NCBI GenBank assembly: GCA_938045815.1
Contig: CALIBI010000001.1
Location: 4,111-68,110 of the forward strand
Length of the DNA stretch: 64,000 nt
Direction of reading: 5' to 3'
Source of the DNA: an uncultured Sulfolobales archaeon
GTDB lineage: Archaea; Thermoproteota; Thermoprotei_A; Sulfolobales; NBVN01
The first letter of the stretch is position 1. Every line of letters begins with the position of its first letter. The notes under the pieces were generated by a model that was not told where the DNA came from, did no database searches, and saw only the letters and a list, made by a program, of their open reading frames with translations. Positions 1-9,594 of the stretch are shown here, one piece after another. The position numbers were made by a program, and so were the translations under genes.

Positions 1-461
1 TCTATTTCCTAGACCCCAATCACGTCACGGTGACCCCGGTCCTCGTGAGGTATTTCGTTTACCCGTCACCACCCATAGTTATTTATAAGTTCATCAATTA
101 CTTCCCGGCAGTCAGGGAGCTACTCACGCAGATTCCTAATTTCAACCTAAGTATGGATGAAGTAAAGGAGATGCTTAAGAATAAGTTAAACGTTACTGAG
201 TACCGAGGAATCAGTAAGTCCTACGTGATACTGTACGGGACTCTCAGGCCAGCATACATAGTTACCGTAACTCCCTACAAGAACATAGCTATACTAGCCG
301 ATAGTGGGGAAATCATAACACAAAAAATAGCTACTACCACGCAAGCAACACCTGAAGGTAACCAGCTAACCACATACCTCGGACCAGCACTAATTCTAGC
401 AGCACTAGCAGTAGTGACAACATACCTAGTCTGGCTGAAGAAACGCCGCTCCTCACCCTAG
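1..461 (+). CDS. C-terminal part of a membrane-anchored surface protein (5'-partial)
   Basis: Frame is open to the window edge. Thr-rich linker, C-terminal TM helix and basic tail (LKKRRSSP). Confidence 0.7.
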   Translation, partial: YFLDPNHVTVTPVLVRYFVYPSPPIVIYKFINYFPAVRELLTQIPNFNLSMDEVKEMLKNKLNVTEYRGISKSYVILYGTLRPAYIVTVTPYKNIAILADSGEIITQKIATTTQATPEGNQLTTYLGPALILAALAVVTTYLVWLKKRRSSP

Positions 462-529
462 TTGTTTAGAGCTCCATACCTACCTCTTCTTGAGCAGGTC
501 TTTAGAGACAAAACTACCTTGCGGTTTAC

Positions 530-1753
530 TTACTCATATCTTAGAGCTGTTGCTGGAGGTATTTTGGCGGCTCTATAAGCAGGCAGTGTCCCACCCACAA
601 TACCTACCGCTACAGTTATGAAGACTGTAGTCAGTACTAAATCTGCGGTTATTTCTGGGTTAGCTACTATTAATAACCCGCTACTACCGGAAGGGCCAGC
701 AGGTATTGCGAGACCTCTTGACGAGAGTATGTGAGCACCTATAACGCCTGACACTATGCCTATAGCTCCACCTATCAATGACATTATTATTGATTCAGCA
801 AGTATCATGAAAACCACCTGCTTGTCAGTGAAGCCTAAAGCTTTCAAGACACCTATCTCACGCGTCCTCTCAATAACTGAGGTTATCATGGTTGACGCCG
901 TCCCAGCTACAGCCACCGCGAAAGCTGAGAGAGAAGCAGAGAAAACTATGAAGTCTAGAGCAGCAGTAACTGAAGAAACTGTTCTGGCTATCTGCTGGAA
1001 AGCTACTACAGTCACCTTATCCTGATACACGTCCCTAATCTTCCTAACCAGCACGTCAACTAGTGAGGGGTCCCTAGCTACTATGAAAATACCTGATATG
1101 TCCTTTATGTTAAGTATGGTGGGACCGCTTCTCGCAGGCAGGAAGATCGTCTGGTCTGGTGACACTAAAGCAGCACCACCAAACTCTCTAAGGACCCCCT
1201 TAACCCTGAGTGAGATTCTCCTCAAATTAAGCTTACCACCACTCAATACCTCAACAACGTTGACTGTGATAGAATCCCCGGTTTCGAACAGCCTAGTATT
1301 CGAGGTGGTTGAGTAAGCTATTGAATAACCTATCACGCAGTAAGTTATTTCTACGTCGAGAGGAAACTCACCATCTTCTAACTCCAGATTACCTATCGCT
1401 TTAACTAAGATTGACGGGTTTACAGCATATATGAATACGTTCCTCCTCCCCTCAGCAGTCTGTATGTAGCCCTGAGTAGAGTAGAAAGGCTCGGCCTCAT
1501 CAACCTCATCAAGACTCCTTATGTAGTCTAAATCACTACTAGATAGTCTATACCTCTCAGAAGGTAATATGACGACAGTATTCTGACCTAAAGCTAATAT
1601 AGCTCCCTCCACGTAGTTAGCGTAACCTCTCACGGTAGAAGTCATCATCACTAGCGCTAGGGGACCTATAGATATGCCAATTATGGTTAAGACAGCTCTA
1701 AACCTCTTCTCAGTTAATACCTTCATAGCATACCTAAAAATATCTTTAAGCAA
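530..1753 (-). CDS. ABC transporter permease, MacB/FtsX-like
   Basis: N-terminal TM (RAVLTIIGISIG), large extracellular domain, SVIERTREIGVLKALG motif, C-terminal PAYRAAKIPP. Confidence 0.92.
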   Translation of the reverse strand: MLKDIFRYAMKVLTEKRFRAVLTIIGISIGPLALVMMTSTVRGYANYVEGAILALGQNTVVILPSERYRLSSSDLDYIRSLDEVDEAEPFYSTQGYIQTAEGRRNVFIYAVNPSILVKAIGNLELEDGEFPLDVEITYCVIGYSIAYSTTSNTRLFETGDSITVNVVEVLSGGKLNLRRISLRVKGVLREFGGAALVSPDQTIFLPARSGPTILNIKDISGIFIVARDPSLVDVLVRKIRDVYQDKVTVVAFQQIARTVSSVTAALDFIVFSASLSAFAVAVAGTASTMITSVIERTREIGVLKALGFTDKQVVFMILAESIIMSLIGGAIGIVSGVIGAHILSSRGLAIPAGPSGSSGLLIVANPEITADLVLTTVFITVAVGIVGGTLPAYRAAKIPPATALRYE

Positions 1754-1755
1754 CC

Positions 1756-4700
1756 TTACTCCCTCACCTGAGGTATGGGGTGTGTCTTCAAGTACCTGTA
1801 GAGAATGAACGCCACGATACCCAGGAACACTATCACCGCGACCATAATGCTGTATCTTAGTAAATCAGTTGGTTCCTGCGGCGGTGTGGTAGTCTGAATA
1901 ACTGACTGAACCACACCAAACTCCCTACTCAAGACCTCAACCTCATTGTAGGGATTTCTGTAGCTTAATAATAACTCAACAGAATCTATGTAAGTACCTA
2001 CATCAAGATAAACTGCGAAGCTAGTCTGCGAAGACGGGTCTAGATCCCCTATGAAGACTTCCTCACTCTCCCTACCACCACCTACTAGCTTAGCAGTTAT
2101 TCTCTGTGCTTGAGCGTTACCTACGTTTATTAGAGTACAGGAAAGCCTTACTAACCCGCCAGAGTACGACACCTTAACATCAGACAGCATAATCTTTATG
2201 AAGGGCTCAATACTCACGGTGAATGAAATGTTAAGTACTTGCCTCAACCCGTTAGACGTCGTATAAATCACTGTAGCCATGAAGGGTATGTTACCGTATG
2301 TTATGGGGACGGGTACCTGAGCTGAGGGTAACGGATTCAAGTAAACAGGCACATTTATCGAGGTAATTACTCCTGGTTCCAACCTACTAATATAGATCGG
2401 GGTTGTCTTAGGTACGATTACGTAGCTACCGTACGGGTACACAGCTAGGTACACGTTGTAGGCGGGTGCAGTACCTAGATTCAGGATCTTCAGAGTCATG
2501 TTAACCTCCCTAGAATCCCTGAAGTTCAGGGGGGTCTCGCTCCACACCTGAATAAGTATTGGTGAACCAAGAACACTTATAGGGAGCCTCAACCCCTGTG
2601 TTCTGACGTTATCCCAATGATCAATGAAGGATAGCATCATGTCAGCATAGTAAGTACCTGGACTCACGGAGAGCACGTTGATCGGGATCACGAAGTACAT
2701 GAAGTCTCCCTTACCAAACTGAGCTTGTAGTGGTGTCTGAGTCCCTAGTAACTGAGTATAGTATCTTAGTAAGTCCTGCACATTACCGGGCTGTAACGTA
2801 GGTATCTGAGGCAGGGACGAGGTAGCAGCTACCCTAACCCTGCTCTCATTATTAACTGAAGAAACAAAGCCTTCAGGCAGTGTCACGTCAGCCACGAGAC
2901 CTCTAATAGATGGATACTCAGAATTCCTCACAACAACAACAAAGAAGTTCCCGTAAGTTTCAGGTTCTGCTGGCTTCCCAGCCCATGAAGCACTCACTAA
3001 CTCTATACCTAGGGAAACATCATTGATTAGGATAGGCAGCACTACCTCCTCCACCACACCCAGACCCTCACCACCAGAGTTAACTAAGTAGAAGAGTTTT
3101 AGGGAGCTATTGTGCCAGCCAGGACTCATATCTCCTGCGTTCAGAGTAAAACTTAATTGCAGGACTTGATTCGGTGGTATAGGTCCTGAAACGTAAGCTT
3201 TATTGAGACCCTTACTAGCGGTAAGTCCGTCAGGCAACACCAACTCAGCATAGACTGAAGATACTGAGTACGGGTAGTGATTTATTAGGTAGATCACGTA
3301 GGTAGCGTTCTGCGTGTTAGGATATACCGGGTTATTGTTAACCCACCCGAAACTAATCACGCTTAACCCACCTAAAGAACTCGGCGGGTAGGTGCTTACG
3401 GGGACTCCAACCACGTAGTGCGCTGTGACAGGGATGTAGGAACCGTAAATAGTTATGTAGTAAGTCGCCTTGACGCTGAGAATTAACGTATCTTCATCTA
3501 ATTCGCTCAGGCTTAGGTAGGGAACTAACCTACACGAAGATCCTGGACTTAAGTACGCAGAACACACCCCCTCACCATCAATAACAATTACTCCATCAGG
3601 TCCTGAAACCTTAAGGTAAACGTAGCTAGCTCCATACCTACCTAGATTCGTTAGTTCCACGTGCAGCGGGTAAAGCTTCTCTAAGCCGTAGGAAACAGCA
3701 GGTGTTGTGGCTCCCCACCAGACCTTACTTAAGACCAGGTCAGCTACGTAGTTATAGGGGTCTGAAATCAAGAACTGGAAATCTATGACCGTGGTTCTGT
3801 ACAGGAGTGAAGTACCTACTCTAGCGTCGTAAGTCACTATTAGGGACGCGTTATAAAAGCCTGGATTTGCTTCAGAACCCACATCAACTACTAACTGGAG
3901 AACGCAGGTACTACCCGGCTGCACCCCCGCTAAGCAAGTCCCCCCAACAGACTTGACCTGAATGAAGTCCGGGAATACAGGGCTCACATTCAGTAGCGTT
4001 AAGACGTCCTGACCGAAATTACTCAACCTAATAACTAGCGTTACGTCTCTCGAGGTTGGGAGAGCTTCAGCAGCACCACCCTGATAACTCCACTCAACCC
4101 AACCAATCCTTAACACATCCTCAGATACTAGAGTCGCTGTAACGTTTAAGGAGAGGTTAAACCAGAACTCAGAACCTCGGTAAGTAGCTAAGCCCTCAAA
4201 ATAAATCTCAGCTACTATAGTGTTTTCCAGCTGCTCAGACGTATTGACAACTATATTGCTGAAAGTCAGCGTAGCTATGCTACCGTAACTAAGTGGTTCC
4301 TCAAGCGTAGCTACCACATAGTTCCTACCATCTCTCGACCTAAGTCCCTCAGGAAGCTTGAGTACAGCGGTCAGAGAGTTTATCGTTGGTAGATCCCTGT
4401 TCTGTATCGTCACAAACATAACTAGTGAACGACCCTCACTATACGCGACACCGTAACTCCACCCACTATCAACAACCACGATGTTAGGTGCTTCAGGCAC
4501 GCTAACTACTACAGTAAAGCTTACGTTCGTGCTCGACTCATACGTAACCCCATCCTCAGTCCTGGAAGTCACGTTAATCCTTAAGAAACACTCGTAAGAA
4601 CCTGGACTCCCTGAAGGAGAAACATCAATACCACTAACCGTTAAGACATACGTACTATCTCTAGGCATCGTAGGTACCTCAACTCTGATCTCTCCAGGCA

Positions 4701-5337
4701 TTAATGGTGGCTGAAGCGTGAGAATCCCGTAACCACTCACCACATCCGAATTACCGGAATTCCTCAAACGAACATTAAGTATAGCGCCCTGCGTCCCCGG
4801 AAAAACACTAGCAGACCACCAAACATCAACCACGGACAACACTACATCAGGATACTCACTAACATTAACGTACACAGGAAATACAGCGTATTTAGGGGTC
4901 TCGCTATACCCGTCGAAGACCCTGTAAGTAACGTTAAGTTCTAGAACGTAACTACCCGGCAATACGTAGTCCTCTATGTTGAGTCTAGTCGTTATCAGGA
5001 AAACCTCTCCCGGAGCAAACTCGTAAGCCCAAGACCTATTAACTGAGTACGCCCAAACACATGAAGGAACTCCTGCTGAAAAATGAAAACCTTCAGGTAA
5101 ACTAAAACATCCTTGAACCCCTCTAATACTGAAAGCTTCCTCATTCCTTATCTCAGCGAGTACTTCAATGCTTCTACTGCCAGGATAAATCGAGGCACCG
5201 CCTGCAGCATTATGTTGAGTCACGGTTACTAGTGTGAGGCCTGGCGAATCCCCTGAAACGTTTAAGACTAGAGGCAGACCTGAAACTACAGATAAAACTA
5301 GCAAAGCCGTAAACACGCAAGAGCTAATCAACCTCAT
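1756..5337 (-). CDS. Large surface/S-layer-like protein (COG1361-like, tandem Ig/CARDB-like modules)
   Basis: Signal peptide, about 9 repeats of W..x..PG...L.v.l.N.G, C-terminal TM; lies between the ABC ATPase and permease. Confidence 0.8.
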   Translation of the reverse strand: MRLISSCVFTALLVLSVVSGLPLVLNVSGDSPGLTLVTVTQHNAAGGASIYPGSRSIEVLAEIRNEEAFSIRGVQGCFSLPEGFHFSAGVPSCVWAYSVNRSWAYEFAPGEVFLITTRLNIEDYVLPGSYVLELNVTYRVFDGYSETPKYAVFPVYVNVSEYPDVVLSVVDVWWSASVFPGTQGAILNVRLRNSGNSDVVSGYGILTLQPPLMPGEIRVEVPTMPRDSTYVLTVSGIDVSPSGSPGSYECFLRINVTSRTEDGVTYESSTNVSFTVVVSVPEAPNIVVVDSGWSYGVAYSEGRSLVMFVTIQNRDLPTINSLTAVLKLPEGLRSRDGRNYVVATLEEPLSYGSIATLTFSNIVVNTSEQLENTIVAEIYFEGLATYRGSEFWFNLSLNVTATLVSEDVLRIGWVEWSYQGGAAEALPTSRDVTLVIRLSNFGQDVLTLLNVSPVFPDFIQVKSVGGTCLAGVQPGSTCVLQLVVDVGSEANPGFYNASLIVTYDARVGTSLLYRTTVIDFQFLISDPYNYVADLVLSKVWWGATTPAVSYGLEKLYPLHVELTNLGRYGASYVYLKVSGPDGVIVIDGEGVCSAYLSPGSSCRLVPYLSLSELDEDTLILSVKATYYITIYGSYIPVTAHYVVGVPVSTYPPSSLGGLSVISFGWVNNNPVYPNTQNATYVIYLINHYPYSVSSVYAELVLPDGLTASKGLNKAYVSGPIPPNQVLQLSFTLNAGDMSPGWHNSSLKLFYLVNSGGEGLGVVEEVVLPILINDVSLGIELVSASWAGKPAEPETYGNFFVVVVRNSEYPSIRGLVADVTLPEGFVSSVNNESRVRVAATSSLPQIPTLQPGNVQDLLRYYTQLLGTQTPLQAQFGKGDFMYFVIPINVLSVSPGTYYADMMLSFIDHWDNVRTQGLRLPISVLGSPILIQVWSETPLNFRDSREVNMTLKILNLGTAPAYNVYLAVYPYGSYVIVPKTTPIYISRLEPGVITSINVPVYLNPLPSAQVPVPITYGNIPFMATVIYTTSNGLRQVLNISFTVSIEPFIKIMLSDVKVSYSGGLVRLSCTLINVGNAQAQRITAKLVGGGRESEEVFIGDLDPSSQTSFAVYLDVGTYIDSVELLLSYRNPYNEVEVLSREFGVVQSVIQTTTPPQEPTDLLRYSIMVAVIVFLGIVAFILYRYLKTHPIPQVRE

Positions 5338-5417
5338 CGACGGGTCACCTCAATTAGAGATTACTTCCGTAAGTAAAAAACACTGATTGTTTAGGGAAGT
5401 GACGGAATGCGTGGAAC

Positions 5418-6152
5418 TTACTTTATCTCTTTATACAGAAGACACTCATTCTTGGAAGGTGTTCGTAAATCCTTAATGACGCCATCTCTTATTATGTATA
5501 TCTTGTTAACACAGTTAGCTACTTCAGGGTCGTGAGTCACGACAACGACTGTCTGACCTCTCGTGTTTATTTTCACGAAGGTATCTACAACTACCCTAGC
5601 TGACGCTCTATCTAGGTTTCCCGTAGGCTCGTCAGCTAGTATTATTTCAGGGTTATTTACTAAGGCCCTAGCTATAGCTACCCTCTGCTGCTGACCTCCA
5701 GACAACTGGGTTGGTTTCTTAATAAGCCACTCTTCCTCACCACCGACAGCTTTAAGAGCTCTCAAAATCATCTCGCGTCTTAAGCGAGGAGACACTCCAG
5801 CAGGTATGAGAGGTAGTTCTATGTTTTCGTAAACCGTCATGCGAGCAACTAGGTTGAACTGCTGGAAAACAAAACCGATCTTTTTGTTCCTGAGCCTAGC
5901 TAACTCATCTGAGGGCAGCACTGACACATCAACACCATCAACATACACCTTACCCTTAGTAGGTCTGTCAAGCAAGCCAATAATGTTGAGTAACGTGGTC
6001 TTGCCAGAACCTGAGGGACCCATTATAGCTATGAAATCCCCCCTCACTATGCTTAAGTTAACTCCCTTCAAAGCCCAAGTAACTACGTCACCTACCCTAT
6101 AAGCCTTCCAGACATCAACTAGCTGCATCAGCAATCCTTTCTCGTTACTCAT
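5418..6152 (-). CDS. ABC transporter ATP-binding protein (MacB/LolD-like)
   Basis: Walker A GPSGSGKTT, Q-loop FVFQQFNL, LSGGQQQR signature, ILADEPTG, VTHD. Confidence 0.95.
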   Translation of the reverse strand: MSNEKGLLMQLVDVWKAYRVGDVVTWALKGVNLSIVRGDFIAIMGPSGSGKTTLLNIIGLLDRPTKGKVYVDGVDVSVLPSDELARLRNKKIGFVFQQFNLVARMTVYENIELPLIPAGVSPRLRREMILRALKAVGGEEEWLIKKPTQLSGGQQQRVAIARALVNNPEIILADEPTGNLDRASARVVVDTFVKINTRGQTVVVVTHDPEVANCVNKIYIIRDGVIKDLRTPSKNECLLYKEIK

Positions 6153-6259
6153 CCTATACCCTATCCTTTAAGAATAATCAACTCATAAAAATTACGCTTC
6201 ATATCGTGGCATTAGTATAACCTTATTAAATAGTACTCAGTCCTATGTTGGGGTAGAAC

Positions 6260-6535
6260 TTGGAGATCGTCATAGTGTTAGCTACGGGAGTGCTTGCTGG
6301 CTTGCTGATTAGCAAAGTTCTCAGTAAGAAAGAAAACACATCACTAATGAAAAACTTAGGAAGAACAACACTCGCCCTGACATATATTTTGGTTTTTATA
6401 ATCGGATTAAGAACTTCCCAAGTATTGCCGGATGTGTTGATGAAAGGGCTGCACGTAGTAGCTGCAGTCCTGGCATTCTCGGCAATACCCACAATCCTAA
6501 GTTTCGCTATCTCCTACATCATGCTGAGGAGCTGA
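6260..6535 (+). CDS. LysO/DUF340 family small membrane protein (N-terminal half)
   Basis: Short hydrophobic protein directly upstream of a LysO-like gene. Confidence 0.65.
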   Translation: MEIVIVLATGVLAGLLISKVLSKKENTSLMKNLGRTTLALTYILVFIIGLRTSQVLPDVLMKGLHVVAAVLAFSAIPTILSFAISYIMLRS

Positions 6536-6541
6536 TTCTTC

Positions 6542-7150
6542 ATGTTCAAGAACGCGAGTGCTTCACGAATCACCATAGTTTTTGTTTTGGGAGTGATAGT
6601 AGGGTTAATCACTAAAGTCAAGATCATTGATGATTTCCTATGGGTTACTCTCTTCAGCCTCATATTCTTGGTAGGAGTTTCGATGGGTTTAGATATGAGT
6701 AGGATTTTAGCAATGAGTAGAGAAAAAATATTATGGAGCCTCAAGCTAGTTATAGCTACGGTAGCAGGCTCCTTATCAGGCGGCTTAATAACGTACCTAC
6801 TACTAGGTAAACCAGCTCTAAGATATTCTTTAGCTATCTCAGCAGGCATGGGTTGGTACAGCTTTACTGGAACATACTTAACCAGCATGGACCCGTATCT
6901 CGGATTCCTCGGATACTTATCTAACGTTCTACGCGAGATCTACACCTACGTTACCTATCCTATTCTAGGCAAGAAACTAAGGCACTCCCCAATAAGCTTA
7001 GGTGGTGCCACAACAATGGACACAACACTACCAGTGATAACGTCCGTGAGTGGCTCTGAGGTGGGAGTTTTAGCTTTTATTCACGGCGCTCTCCTGACAC
7101 TCATAATACCTGTCATAATACCTGCTCTAGTAAGTGGATTACTTCCCTAG
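6542..7150 (+). CDS. Lysine exporter LysO (DUF340) family membrane protein
   Basis: GMGWYSFTG, SNVLRE and GGATTMDTTLPVI motifs. Confidence 0.88.
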   Translation: MFKNASASRITIVFVLGVIVGLITKVKIIDDFLWVTLFSLIFLVGVSMGLDMSRILAMSREKILWSLKLVIATVAGSLSGGLITYLLLGKPALRYSLAISAGMGWYSFTGTYLTSMDPYLGFLGYLSNVLREIYTYVTYPILGKKLRHSPISLGGATTMDTTLPVITSVSGSEVGVLAFIHGALLTLIIPVIIPALVSGLLP

Positions 7151-7269
7151 CCCTCACATGATCTTGAGCTCCTCGTAAGCAGCCCTCATAACGTTCTCAA
7201 GTTATCTTCTTAACTCGCTTAGGGAGGGGCTCAGACCTTTTAAGCGGTCATGAAATACAGGTTAGTATT

Positions 7270-7605
7270 GTGAGTAAAATGATAGAAAGTAGGTTACCTC
7301 TCTTACGGTTGTTGAGAGTAATTAAAGAACATGAAAACTCAAGTAGCTTACTAGAGCTCCACAATATCATCTATAAGCTACAGAACGAGAAAGGAATCAA
7401 ATTCGGCTACGACTTCATAAAATACTCTTTCGGACCCTACTCTAAAGGCTTAGAGGACGACTTAATGCTGCTAGCTCAAGCAGGATTAATCACGGTAGAG
7501 AGTAAAGAAAAGAAAACTCAGGTAAGACTAAGTAGTAAGGGACTAGCCCTACTGTCCTCACTAGACAACTCAAACAACACACCACAAACACGAAACAACA
7601 CTTAA
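7270..7605 (+). CDS. Winged-helix protein, YwgA/Panacea(DUF4065)-like
   Basis: IIYKLQ...F.KYSFGPYSKGLEDDL..L...GLI pattern. Confidence 0.65.
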   Translation: MSKMIESRLPLLRLLRVIKEHENSSSLLELHNIIYKLQNEKGIKFGYDFIKYSFGPYSKGLEDDLMLLAQAGLITVESKEKKTQVRLSSKGLALLSSLDNSNNTPQTRNNT

Positions 7606-8035
7606 GAAGAAGAGTCAAGAACACGCAAACAACACACTGTCCTTTCTTGACCACCACTCTCAAAAAGAATATCTTAAAATCATACTAAAAAGCTCCTAAG
7701 CTTAATGAATTCGTGAAAACTAAAACTATAAAATTCACGTAATCAACCACATATATTTGCGTCAAACATGTTCTGAATATTCATTTTTACAGATAGTTAT
7801 ACAAAAATTATGCAACAGACATCTTACTAGAAATCCTGGAAGTAAGAATACTAGGTTTATAAAGCTTGAATCCCTTGAAACGCTCTACTTAAACACTGTA
7901 GTGGGATCCTCAATAGATTCTGCCCACTCGTATTCTAGACCTCGTGAGTTTAGGTTTACTTAATATAGAGAGTAAATATCCTTGGCTCTGGGTTCCGAAG
8001 CATTAGAAGCTCGTTAGCTAGTAGGAAGTTCTTTC

Positions 8036-8770
8036 TTAGGTGGTTAGTGCGTATCTTCTTAGTACTTCATGGAGTTTTTCAGGGTTCTTTGTGTAGAGTC
8101 TAAGCTTAATGATTGTTCTGCCACTGCTGGGGGTCTGTATTAGGTCTACGTACATTCTCTTCGTATTGTATTCTATTCTGTACTGGTCAGCTCTTAAAGG
8201 AAACTTCAGCGTGATTCCAGTTCCTACAATACCCTTATCATATACTTCGTACTCAGCAATAACCTGAACAAATGATTTAACAGCTCTCCTCCCAACAAAG
8301 TTTATGACTTGAACAAGACCTAAAGGTACCTCATAACCAATCAAGTATGCTAGGAACCTATACTCAACAACCTCTATAGCTAGAGCTCTGATAAAGTCAA
8401 AATACCACCAATACCACACCAGGAAGACAGGAAATATTGCTAAATTTAGTAGCGAGACCTTAAGCATGGGCTTCAACTCAGAAACTAATTGCGTGTCTTT
8501 ACTTTGAAGCTCTAACACATCATTTCTTGATGCTTTAAAGAGTAGTCTACCAGTCTTAATCTCGCTTGGTGATACTCCACCACCCACTCTCGACTTCCTC
8601 ACACTCCAACTCGCGAAGAGTATCGCTACTATAAAGAACACTACAAAAGTGTACTGGTAGTACTGAGGATAGAACACGTTTATTACAGCCAAACTAAAAA
8701 CAAGTACTTGAGAATATATAAGCGAGAAAACCAGCTGTCTCCTGCTCTGGTAGTAAGCCACTACACTCAC
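8036..8770 (-). CDS. DUF2208-like archaeal membrane protein
   Basis: Two TM hairpins (SQVLVFSLAVINVFYPQY...) followed by a PH-like C-terminal beta domain; resembles the crenarchaeal family. Confidence 0.7.
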   Translation of the reverse strand: MSVVAYYQSRRQLVFSLIYSQVLVFSLAVINVFYPQYYQYTFVVFFIVAILFASWSVRKSRVGGGVSPSEIKTGRLLFKASRNDVLELQSKDTQLVSELKPMLKVSLLNLAIFPVFLVWYWWYFDFIRALAIEVVEYRFLAYLIGYEVPLGLVQVINFVGRRAVKSFVQVIAEYEVYDKGIVGTGITLKFPLRADQYRIEYNTKRMYVDLIQTPSSGRTIIKLRLYTKNPEKLHEVLRRYALTT

Positions 8771-8812
8771 CCTAAGGAAACTTAATTACGTGGTAATAAA
8801 TTACTACTTAGG

Positions 8813-9505
8813 TTGAGTAACGTGAGTAGGTTAGGACTGATCGCTTTGCTAGATAAGATGATCTCACAGTCTGAGATTATTGAGAAGTCTGGTACGAAGT
8901 ACGTGCTCAAAAGCTTCACGGGAGAGAAGTCATCTTTCAAGTGGTTTCCTTTAAGCACTTTTTTAAGCTTTATTTACCCATTTACGTACGACCCTAACGA
9001 AAGGTTAGAGAGAGAATTAGTTTTCTTCGGTCACGAATGGAAATACTTCAAGACACCTAAGATAGTTGAAGTCGATAAGGAGAACCATAAAATATTGCGT
9101 GAATACGTAGATGGTAGGATACTAGACACAGATATTGACGCAAACAAATTAGGTAAAGTCTTGGGGGAGATCCATAAGGAAGGTTGGGCATTAGGAGACG
9201 TGAAACTAACTAATTTCTTGATAGGTAGTAACGACTCAATATACGTTATAGACGCGGAGCAAGCCATATCTAAGGCGGAAACACAGCATATGGCTTGGGA
9301 CTTATACTTAGTTCTCCTAATAGCTAGCTACGCGTACATAAAATCACCCACTAAGTTTGAGGGATTCCTAGAGGATTTCTTATCCGGCCACGATGGCGTT
9401 TGCAACTGTAGAGAAATTTATGAAGGGTTCAATACGCCGAAGCTCCAAAGCCTCCTGATCCTACTTCCCCCTTCTCATCTTCTTAAGCTGGCTAAGGTGC
9501 TCTGA
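8813..9505 (+). CDS. Atypical Ser/Thr protein kinase-like protein (Bud32/RIO-like fold)
   Basis: VLKSF lysine, REYVDG hinge, LGDVKLTNF catalytic loop, IDAEQA Mg-binding loop. Confidence 0.75.
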   Translation: MSNVSRLGLIALLDKMISQSEIIEKSGTKYVLKSFTGEKSSFKWFPLSTFLSFIYPFTYDPNERLERELVFFGHEWKYFKTPKIVEVDKENHKILREYVDGRILDTDIDANKLGKVLGEIHKEGWALGDVKLTNFLIGSNDSIYVIDAEQAISKAETQHMAWDLYLVLLIASYAYIKSPTKFEGFLEDFLSGHDGVCNCREIYEGFNTPKLQSLLILLPPSHLLKLAKVL

Positions 9506-9594
9506 GTGCTTAAGTCATTGAATCTAATTGATGAAAGTCTTAAATATTTATTCGCTTCACATAAGAATTCTTATAGTGTAGGAGGGGTTCACAG

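Noticed and set aside
7150-7250. Minus-strand fragment LSPSLSELRR*LENVMRAAYEELKIM
   Set aside because: Too short, interrupted by a stop, no recognisable motif.
7757-7963. 68-aa ORF in an AT-rich intergenic region
   Set aside because: No motif or RBS; the opposite strand looks equally like decayed coding sequence.
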